Shown one piece after another: positions 17,465-24,329 of a DNA stretch of 25,252 nt. Each line of letters opens with the position of its first letter. The stretch's first letter is position 1. The translations under genes were made by a program, and so were the position numbers. The stretch covers positions 1-25,252 of IMG/VR virus record IMGVR_UViG_3300037466_003153; one strand, written 5' to 3'. The notes beneath the pieces are model-generated. The model was given only the letters and a program-made list of their open reading frames with translations, made no database searches and was not told the origin of the DNA. The DNA is from a virus (Duplodnaviria > Heunggongvirae > Uroviricota > Caudoviricetes).

Positions 17465-20400
17465 TTAGTTTCCGACTCGGTTGATGCAGAAATAGTTCGT
17501 GACACCTGCACCAAGTGCGACGCTAACTGATGCAACACCTTTGATAGCGATAGTGTCACCAGCGTTGCACGATATAAGACCGTTTACTGGGTAGCTGACG
17601 GCGGCGCTCGCAGCTCCAGGCGTTTCTTTTGCGTAAGTCAAAACAGCCACGCCATTTTGATAAACAGAAACATTTCGACTGACGACGCTCGTATTAGAGT
17701 CTGTGTAACAAAATGCAGCCGAAACATTATAAGTTCCGCTCGTCGGAATAGTGTAAACGCCGGTAGACGAATTGTAGGCGTTATGGGAGTCCTTTACCTT
17801 AGTTGAATATGCGATTTGAGTGAGAGAGGTTCCAACGGTTGTGCTGCTTCCGTTATATATAGCGACGATACTTTCACTCGCCGCGACGGTCGCAGGGCCT
17901 GACAAGCGCTCGAATGTGACCCAGTTGTCAGTAGCAGCGGCATCGAAGGTAATCGTTGAGCTTGTACTATTGCTGACATAAATCGCGAGCGTGTCGCCAG
18001 CTTTGCAATCAACAAGCGCCGAACCGTTAGCCATGATAGCCGAAGACGTTGAGCGAGTCTGGGCCTGTCCAAGCTGAGAATGTAATGCTCCGTTTTTGAA
18101 AAGATAGGCATAACACGCCTGCGATGCCGTTGTCCCGCTAGGAGTGAAAGTCAAAGCAGTTGAAACTCGATACTTACCGGTGACAGGTACCACATAAGCA
18201 TTAGAACTAGTTGAAAAAGCCGCGTGAGTGTCGAAGTCAACTGCGTTGAATGGAATAATTGATTGACCACTAGAACCAATAGTACCGGCTGCATTGTAAG
18301 TCGCACGTGCTGCACAGACGCGAGTATCACTATCTGCGCTCATCACTGTGTTGGATGACCAGCCTGCGATTGGTACCGAGAAGTTAATAGTTATAGTTTC
18401 GCCCGAACCAGCAATAGACGAGCCATTTGCCTTAGAAAGTGCTGAAACTGCAGAGCTTCCAAGGATACCAGGGTCAGAAAATGTAACGTAGCCTACGCTT
18501 GGCTCAATGAGAACAAGACCGCCGTGATTACCGGATGCGGCAGAGCGAGCGTAAATACCGCGATGAGAAAGCGTTGGAAGCGAAGAGTCGGATGTAACAC
18601 TCGGAAGCGAAATGCGCGCCTCGCTTGCTACCGTAGTACCCGTAACAATTGTTCCTTGGACTTCAACGGAACCGCCAACTTGTCGCCATTGAAGATTAGT
18701 AGTAGCGTTGCCCCATCCCGCTGTACTTGCTGGTGTATAAGATTTCCAATCGCTAATAGGAGGTCCATAAGCCAAGCTTTGTGGGCCAACATAGAAATCA
18801 TCTAGTAATAGTGTAACTGCTCCGCTTGTTGCATTAATATTTACCAACGCAATTTGAAACTGAGTCATGTTAGATGGAGTTTGGAATGTACCTTGAGCAA
18901 TTCCAACACCAGTGCTTTGGACTAAGTTGTAACAGCCAGTAGGTTGAATCCATGCTGAGTTTGTTACATCATAAATATATACAGCCCATGTATTGGATGA
19001 AGTTCCAGACATATTAACTGTTCCAGAAGCTACTTTATAAGCAAATTTGAAAGAGAGAACTTTTGCTTGATCTTCAATATCAATAGAAGTTGCTTGGCTA
19101 ACAAGCATATCACCGGCTGTTGTTGCAGCAGATGAAGCCATTTGCATTGAATAAGTTCCAGCTAGTTTTCCAGAAGAAACAGCACTAAGAGCTAATGTTC
19201 CAGCAGCAGAAGTCCAGCTACCTGCAGTTTGATTTGGAACTAAGCTAGAAAGAGTTGTATGATATAAACTCCAGCCAGTAGTTGCATTATTCTCAAAATT
19301 TCCATATGTAATGTAATTTTTTGGAGAAGGAGATGTATTAACTGTGATAGTTCCGAAATACCAAGCTTGGATATTAAGATTTGCAGCTAGAGCCTGATTT
19401 AGAGTTACTGTAGAGCCTGAAATAGTATAATCAGCAGAAGATCCTTGAGATAAAATTTTACCATCAACTGATAAGAAAAAAGCCGCAGCTGTAGTAACTG
19501 AAAATGGAAGTGTAATACTTGTTTGGCCAGCTGTAGAGCTTACAGGACCATAAGTATTAGAAATGGCTTGTCCTCCACCACTTGATGAAGGAGTGTTCCA
19601 CTTTAAACCAGAAGTTTGAGAACTATCTGCGGTTAGAACTTGTCCATCTGATCCAACGGGAAAACGAGCATTTCCTGTATCGTAAACGTATAAGTCGCCT
19701 TTTGTAGTAAGAGGTGATGCAGTTCCTGCAGCTCCCCAAGTACCATCAGCTTTAAGAACGCGTCCAGCAGCAGCATCTCCAGAAGCAGGAGCAGGAACTA
19801 ATCCTTTTGTTCCGCCTGATCCAGAGTCACCAACAAAAGCATTTAATTCGGCAGTGAGTTGTGTTGCAGTTAAGTCGGAAGGAGCAGCAGAAGATCCTGT
19901 GTTATTACCTTTGAAGGTATGAGCTGCCATATTAGCCATTTTGCTATTAGAAACAGCTCCAGCAGCAATGGTTGTTGACATTCCTGTAGAAGTAACATCA
20001 CCCGTTAAGTTTCCTGTAATACTTGCAGCAGTACCAGAAACATTTCCTGTAATATTTGCGGTAATTGTACCAGCTGAAAAGTTACCTGAAGCATCACGTT
20101 TAACAATTGTTGAAGAGGTGTTAGCATTTGTTGCTGCATTTGCGGCTTGTTCAGCGGTGTGAATATTTGCAGCAGAAGAACCGCCAACAGATGCAACTGT
20201 AGTTGACATTCCGGTAGAGGTTACATCGCCTGTTAAATTTCCAGTGATAGAAGCAGCACTGCCAGATACGTTACCAGTTAAATTTGCAGTGATAGTTCCA
20301 GCTGAGAAATTTCCAGAGGCATCGCGTTTAACGATAGCAGATGGAGTATTTACGTTTGTAGCAGAGAGAGTTCCTACTGTAGCTGTATGAATTTCAGAAG

Positions 20401-21082
20401 CAGTAGATGCTCCTACAAAATTAACAGTTACTGAAGCATTACCAGGACCAGTGGCACTTACGTCACCTGTGAGTCCAGTGATTGCACCGCCTGATAATGA
20501 ATTGATTTGATTTTGGATATTAGAAGTTGCACCAGAAAGATAACCAAGTTCTGTAGAAGTAACTGTTGAAGCTGAGACAACTCCTGAAGCATCAGAAACT
20601 AGAGCTTTTGAAGCAGTAAGAGCAGCAAGCTTACTATAAGCAATAGCAGCATTACTTGCGATATCTGCGTTAACAATAGATCCAGACAAGGCTAATTTTG
20701 AATAAGCAATAGCTGCAGAGCTAGCAATGTCAGAATCAACAACATTACCAGTAAGAGCTAATTTAGAATAAGCAATAGCAGCAGAAGCATTAATATCACT
20801 ATCAACGATGTTCCCAGTAAGAGCAAGTTTGCTATAAGCAATTGCAGCTCCTGCTTTAATACAAGAGTCAACAATGTTGGAAAGAGTGTTTACGTCAGCG
20901 CTAATTGTTTTATTAGTAAGTGTTGCTGTATGAGCTTCTGAAACTAATGGAGAAGCATCTGTACCATTATGGTAATTAAGCTTACCTCCAGAAACATCTA
21001 AATCGCCTGCTTCTGAAGCGGAAGACGAAGCTTCCTGTTTAATGTTTAAACCCTTGCGAAAACGTGTAAAATTATTAGCCAT
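17465..21082 (-). CDS. Long tail fibre protein 1 with shaft repeats and two C1q-like C-terminal domains
   Basis: 1205 aa. AAIAYSKL repeats, IVKRDASGNFSAGTIT repeats, the LTTKGDL...GQVLTADS motif, an Ig-like SVDGKIL...DYTISGSTVTL domain, a KNYITYGNFE jelly-roll, and two F/Y-x-VP-x-TG-x-Y ... C-x-AGD-x-I C1q-like domains. Confidence 0.85.
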   Translation of the reverse strand: MANNFTRFRKGLNIKQEASSSASEAGDLDVSGGKLNYHNGTDASPLVSEAHTATLTNKTISADVNTLSNIVDSCIKAGAAIAYSKLALTGNIVDSDINASAAIAYSKLALTGNVVDSDIASSAAIAYSKLALSGSIVNADIASNAAIAYSKLAALTASKALVSDASGVVSASTVTSTELGYLSGATSNIQNQINSLSGGAITGLTGDVSATGPGNASVTVNFVGASTASEIHTATVGTLSATNVNTPSAIVKRDASGNFSAGTITANLTGNVSGSAASITGNLTGDVTSTGMSTTVASVGGSSAANIHTAEQAANAATNANTSSTIVKRDASGNFSAGTITANITGNVSGTAASITGNLTGDVTSTGMSTTIAAGAVSNSKMANMAAHTFKGNNTGSSAAPSDLTATQLTAELNAFVGDSGSGGTKGLVPAPASGDAAAGRVLKADGTWGAAGTASPLTTKGDLYVYDTGNARFPVGSDGQVLTADSSQTSGLKWNTPSSSGGGQAISNTYGPVSSTAGQTSITLPFSVTTAAAFFLSVDGKILSQGSSADYTISGSTVTLNQALAANLNIQAWYFGTITVNTSPSPKNYITYGNFENNATTGWSLYHTTLSSLVPNQTAGSWTSAAGTLALSAVSSGKLAGTYSMQMASSAATTAGDMLVSQATSIDIEDQAKVLSFKFAYKVASGTVNMSGTSSNTWAVYIYDVTNSAWIQPTGCYNLVQSTGVGIAQGTFQTPSNMTQFQIALVNINATSGAVTLLLDDFYVGPQSLAYGPPISDWKSYTPASTAGWGNATTNLQWRQVGGSVEVQGTIVTGTTVASEARISLPSVTSDSSLPTLSHRGIYARSAASGNHGGLVLIEPSVGYVTFSDPGILGSSAVSALSKANGSSIAGSGETITINFSVPIAGWSSNTVMSADSDTRVCAARATYNAAGTIGSSGQSIIPFNAVDFDTHAAFSTSSNAYVVPVTGKYRVSTALTFTPSGTTASQACYAYLFKNGALHSQLGQAQTRSTSSAIMANGSALVDCKAGDTLAIYVSNSTSSTITFDAAATDNWVTFERLSGPATVAASESIVAIYNGSSTTVGTSLTQIAYSTKVKDSHNAYNSSTGVYTIPTSGTYNVSAAFCYTDSNTSVVSRNVSVYQNGVAVLTYAKETPGAASAAVSYPVNGLISCNAGDTIAIKGVASVSVALGAGVTNYFCINRVGN
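18351..18373. repeat. 23-nt direct repeat, copy B (identical to 16492-16514)
   Basis: TTGGATGACCAGCCTGCGATTGG. Confidence 0.9.
18673..18691. repeat. 19-nt direct repeat, copy B (identical to 16829-16847)
   Basis: CGCCAACTTGTCGCCATTG. Confidence 0.9.
19970..20370 (-). repeat. Tandem 228-nt (76-aa) coding duplication in the fibre shaft
   Basis: Two copies of ATNxNTxSxIVKRDASGNFSAGTITANxTGNVSGxAASITGNLTGDVTSTGMSTT. Matching DNA segments are offset by 228 nt (for example ~19986 and ~20214) and differ mostly at synonymous sites. Boundaries are approximate. Confidence 0.85.
20628..20850 (-). repeat. Four 66-nt (22-aa) coding repeats AAIAYSKLALxGxIVxxDI
   Basis: Visible in the translation; the DNA cores (ATAAGCAAT) are spaced 66 nt apart. 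Confidence 0.85.
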
Positions 21083-21095
21083 GTGGTATTTCCTA

Positions 21096-21569
21096 TTAAC
21101 CCTGTGTCATAGCGCGGGCTTTGAACTTAAGAAGTCCTGTGTAACTTGTTCCTGATAAATTTGTGGATGTGTATTTAAATTGACCGCTGTTAGAGCAAGT
21201 GAAAGTAATACCAGCATCACCAACACTGTATTGAGCAACTTCCCAAGTTCCTGCACCTGATTTATAGGTAACAAGCATCACACCACCTTCAGAAAGTTCA
21301 GTGTCAGATGTGGCTCTATAAATGCTATATTCGATAACTGCAGATCTAACTGCAGCTGGATCAAAAAGAAGACCAGTAACGTTTGTTTGGGAAGTAATGT
21401 TATTCGCAACAGCAAAGCTGGTTGTTAGAATATCACCAGTACTAATCGTATTATTAGCAACTGATACAAGAGCTTCGATAAGATCAGATAAACTCTCACC
21501 CCAAGGAGGACTATCTCCCTGTTGTGGTAAATTGTATGTTGTGCCATTAATAGTTACATTTTTAGCCAA
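21096..21569 (-). CDS. Small virion/tail protein
   Basis: 157 aa; TTG start with SD AGGAG. The N-terminal VTINGTTYNLPQQGDSPPWGESL resembles fibre-attachment-type N-termini; the C-terminus is beta-rich. Confidence 0.65.
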   Translation of the reverse strand: MAKNVTINGTTYNLPQQGDSPPWGESLSDLIEALVSVANNTISTGDILTTSFAVANNITSQTNVTGLLFDPAAVRSAVIEYSIYRATSDTELSEGGVMLVTYKSGAGTWEVAQYSVGDAGITFTCSNSGQFKYTSTNLSGTSYTGLLKFKARAMTQG

Positions 21570-21589
21570 AGTGAATCACTCCTATAAGA

Positions 21590-21598
21590 AGTTGTTAA
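21590..21598 (-). promoter_or_regulatory. TTAACAACT motif, copy 4 (candidate late promoter)
   Basis: TTAACAACT-TCTTAT-AGGAG upstream of 21569. Confidence 0.65.
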
Positions 21599-21602
21599 TT
21601 TC

Positions 21603-21631
21603 TTGAAGTTAGCTTATTAGTGTAGTAAAAT
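21603..21631 (+). promoter_or_regulatory. Candidate sigma70-type promoter for the antisense ORF at 21639
   Basis: TTGAAG (21603-21608), a 17-nt spacer, then TAAAAT (21626-21631). The ATG lies 8 nt downstream, with no clear SD. Confidence 0.5.
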
Positions 21632-21638
21632 ATAAAGA

Positions 21639-21866
21639 ATGGAAGTTATTACAATTTTGCTTGTATTTGCACTATTAGTTATTTCGTTGCTTCCAACGGA
21701 AGCGACTGAAATTATTGAGAAAAAAGAATGTAAACCACATAGATGGATTACAAAACCAAGTGGCATAGACCCTATTGAAGGTCAAGTTGGAGATAATAAC
21801 TATCTAGTGTGTGAAGAGTGTGGATTTCTTCCTGACTCGGACGCTTATGAGGAAGAAGAACGTTAA
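21639..21866 (+). CDS. Small membrane-anchored protein with a putative Zn ribbon
   Basis: Hydrophobic N-terminus VITILLVFALLVISLL, CKPH...CEEC and an acidic tail. It fills the gap exactly, and its stop overlaps the endolysin stop (TTAA at 21863-21866). Confidence 0.6.
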   Translation: MEVITILLVFALLVISLLPTEATEIIEKKECKPHRWITKPSGIDPIEGQVGDNNYLVCEECGFLPDSDAYEEEER

Positions 21867-22243
21867 GGAATGAAAACGTGCTTGCCAGATGCAGGAGCTA
21901 TGCACTGAAAGTGCACCCAATCTGGAGTGCTATCAAAGTCTTCGCAATATAGGCTAACTTCTTCTAAAATCTTAATATTAGCTTTAAGCCAAGCTTTTAA
22001 TTCACCATTAGGATCATGAATATCCACAGCAGCACCAATAAGATGTTTTGACTTAGGTGCTTTAGGATTTACTTTCATTTGATAAGCTAAATCTCTAACT
22101 CCGCTGGTAACAACCATAGGCTTACCATAACGTTCTCTAATAATAGAAACACGTTGGATAAGAATAGTTAGATTATTAACTTGTTCTTCAGTGAGAGTGT
22201 ATTTATGAGGATTTAGTTCTTCTATTGTGAAATAGAGCTTCAT
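21863..22243 (-). CDS. Endolysin, peptidase M15 family (Hedgehog/DD-peptidase Zn fold)
   Basis: VVTSGVR, SKHLIGAAVDI (H-x6-D Zn ligands) and distal WVHFQ; 126 aa, catalytic domain only, no signal peptide. Confidence 0.85.
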   Translation of the reverse strand: MKLYFTIEELNPHKYTLTEEQVNNLTILIQRVSIIRERYGKPMVVTSGVRDLAYQMKVNPKAPKSKHLIGAAVDIHDPNGELKAWLKANIKILEEVSLYCEDFDSTPDWVHFQCIAPASGKHVFIP

Positions 22244-22421
22244 ATAAAGAGTTGTTAATCTCTTTTTTAGCTAGTCTCCTAGCTCGCTTTTTAATTGATT
22301 TAGGATTAGGACCAAGCCATTCAGGAACTATTTCAGCATCACAACCCCAACACCAATAGCGACCACGAGTGGCACCATAAGGTAAGTGTTTAGGTTCTTT
22401 GTGTCCCTTTTTACAATTCAT
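22203..22421 (-). CDS. Small basic Cys/His-containing hypothetical protein
   Basis: 72 aa; CKKGH...YWCWGC; 1-nt overlap with the upstream gene and 41-nt overlap with the endolysin. Confidence 0.55.
   Translation of the reverse strand: MNCKKGHKEPKHLPYGATRGRYWCWGCDAEIVPEWLGPNPKSIKKRARRLAKKEINNSLYEALFHNRRTKSS
22250..22258 (-). promoter_or_regulatory. TTAACAACT motif, copy 3 (candidate late promoter, leaderless endolysin)
   Basis: TTAACAACT-CTTTAT-ATG. The endolysin start codon sits where AGGAG sits in three other copies. Confidence 0.65.
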
Positions 22422-22795
22422 TAGTGCATCGTATCGTTAATAGTTGGAAGATCGTCTAAAAGATCCTTATTATATTCTAATTCAAAATGAAGCTGAGCTT
22501 CTTCATTCCAATATAGGTTTCCATTTACACTACGATAGAAAGCTTCACCTAAAGCTACTGGAGCAATATGCATTAAGTTAATAATAAGATCGGCAACAAT
22601 GTAAGTTTGATGGAAGTCTAAAGCCAAACAAACTACAACACCATTAAATTGTTCTTCTTCAATAAGAAGGAAAGCAAACGGCTTTTCTGATTTATTAAGG
22701 CAAACTTCTAGAATATTTTCATCAACAAACGTTGTGAACATTTTCTGCTTTTTTAACATCTTCTCTGCTGCAACAAGGTATGTGTTCTTTTTCAT
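22421..22795 (-). CDS. Hypothetical protein
   Basis: 124-aa ORF with a plausible SD (AGGA) upstream; no recognised motif. Confidence 0.7.
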   Translation of the reverse strand: MKKNTYLVAAEKMLKKQKMFTTFVDENILEVCLNKSEKPFAFLLIEEEQFNGVVVCLALDFHQTYIVADLIINLMHIAPVALGEAFYRSVNGNLYWNEEAQLHFELEYNKDLLDDLPTINDTMH

Positions 22796-22837
22796 ACTAA
22801 TCCTGAAAATATTAGGTTCTATATTACTATTATACTA

Positions 22838-22846
22838 AGTTGTTAA
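22838..22846 (-). promoter_or_regulatory. TTAACAACT motif, copy 2 (candidate late promoter)
   Basis: TTAACAACT-TAGTAT-A, directly after the capsid terminator and upstream of 22795. Confidence 0.65.
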
Positions 22847-22854
22847 TCAAAGAT

Positions 22855-22890
22855 AAATAAAAAAGGGAACCAGATTTCTCCGGCTCCCTT
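22855..22890 (-). terminator. Intrinsic terminator after the major capsid gene
   Basis: The - strand reads AAGGGAGCCGG-AGAAAT-CTGGTTCCCTT (11 bp with two G-U pairs), followed by TTTTATTT. Confidence 0.8.
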
Positions 22891-22920
22891 AAATATTTCA
22901 GACCTCTAATTTAATAACTA

Positions 22921-24153
22921 TTAAGCAGAGTTTACGATACCGCTGATAAGAACGTTCTTACCAGGAGCTGAACAGAACAATGCTTGATCGGTGTAACAAC
23001 GGAGTTCGTAACCAGCGTTTGATTCCAACTCACGGAAGAATTCACCTTCCATTGCAGGACGCTTAAAGGTTACGTCGGTAGAACCAACGCGAGAGAACTC
23101 GTCCATTGCTAGAACATAGGCATAACCTTCTTTGCAATAGATGGTAGGTTCAATGCTGATGGTTCCGCTTTGTCCGTAGAACTTGATAGCTTTGTGACCA
23201 GCTTCAACTTGTGCTGAGCTGTAGGTGCTATCAATTTTACGAAGAGCAGTTTGTTCAACGAGCAAGTCGTTCCAAGTTGCAGGAGAAACGAGAACTGTTA
23301 CGTCACCGTCAAGTCCTTTAGCAACTGCTAGAGCAAGAGCGCGTTCAACTTTAGCGAGAGAAAGAGATGCTGATCCAGCTCCGTAAGTGTTACCTTTCCA
23401 GAGTGAATAAGAAGCAGCGGAAATATTGAAAAGTGTGCCAGTGTTAGTGATGATTTTGTGGATACCAGCAAACTCATTACCATTTGCACCTTTGTGGAAA
23501 ATAACGTCGGTAGCGACAACACCAGTAGCATCAGCTACAACGATTTGCTTGTTAGTAAGGCTAACAGAAGAAACAGTTGTAGAAACGCGAAGTGTAACGC
23601 CAGTAGCGTCATAAATATCGATTGGCATGTTTTCAGCGCCAGCCCAAATACCGCTTGCCCATTCAGCAGCTGCGATAGTAAGAGTAGTGCCAGCTACAGA
23701 ACCGACAGTTCCATAACCCATTTGACCATAGAGCATTTCGATTTCGAGCTTCTTGGTAATAGAACGAAGCATGTTAGCAACAAGAAACTTTGTTGCATCC
23801 ATGAATGCTTTATTTCCACCTTGAACAGCGCGAGAAGCAGAGACATAACCGAGAACTGAACGAAGTACGACTGGATTGCCGCGAACTTGAGCGTCCTTGA
23901 TTTGACCAGCAACTGGAGCATTCAATGCGAAAGCATCATCATCAGAAGCCGCGAAAGTAACACCGTGTTCATGTCCGAGAATAACTGGTTGGTGATACAA
24001 GTTACCTGGTTGTTTGTCTTTAGACATGAAAGAAATCATTTTATAGAGCTTAACGCCATCTGGAATTAGATTTTGAAGCTTATCTGCATAAGTTTCTTTA
24101 AAAAGGCCGTTAAGTGTACCTGCGAAATTGTTTGAACCTGCCATTGCTGACAT
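22921..24153 (-). CDS. Major capsid protein (HK97-fold expected)
   Basis: 410 aa between the scaffold gene and a strong terminator; strong SD AGGAGA 8 nt before the ATG; codon usage skewed to highly-expressed-type codons; N-terminal LNGLFKETYADKLQNLIP and E-loop-like YHQPVILGHEHGVTF. Confidence 0.8.
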   Translation of the reverse strand: MSAMAGSNNFAGTLNGLFKETYADKLQNLIPDGVKLYKMISFMSKDKQPGNLYHQPVILGHEHGVTFAASDDDAFALNAPVAGQIKDAQVRGNPVVLRSVLGYVSASRAVQGGNKAFMDATKFLVANMLRSITKKLEIEMLYGQMGYGTVGSVAGTTLTIAAAEWASGIWAGAENMPIDIYDATGVTLRVSTTVSSVSLTNKQIVVADATGVVATDVIFHKGANGNEFAGIHKIITNTGTLFNISAASYSLWKGNTYGAGSASLSLAKVERALALAVAKGLDGDVTVLVSPATWNDLLVEQTALRKIDSTYSSAQVEAGHKAIKFYGQSGTISIEPTIYCKEGYAYVLAMDEFSRVGSTDVTFKRPAMEGEFFRELESNAGYELRCYTDQALFCSAPGKNVLISGIVNSA

Positions 24154-24329
24154 ATTATTTATCTCCTAGATAATGTTATTATTTAAAAATTTATTAGTTT
24201 GTTATCGTCGGGTTTTACTGTGTTCCGAGGATACCTTTCACTATCTAAGAGACTTGGGTATGCCAGTAAGCAATCCTCTCTTAAAAAGGAGAAGGGCCTG
24301 ATTAGGGACCACTAAACCTATCTAAAAAG

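Noticed and set aside
15522-18780. Diversity-generating retroelement or invertible cassette acting on the fibre tips
   Set aside because: No reverse transcriptase, no ~100-nt template/variable repeat pair with A-specific mismatches, and no invertase were seen. The shared repeats are direct, not inverted.
19970-20850. CRISPR-like periodic repeats
   Set aside because: The repeats are in-frame coding units with synonymous divergence and no unique spacers.
4302-24069. Many 60-137 aa antisense or alternate-frame ORFs inside the large structural genes (for example 4302-4715, 9343-9684, 9584-9988, 17794-18111, 23458-23859)
   Set aside because: They are fully nested in long motif-bearing CDSs and have no SD or recognisable motifs. 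They are expected from the biased codon usage of the real genes.
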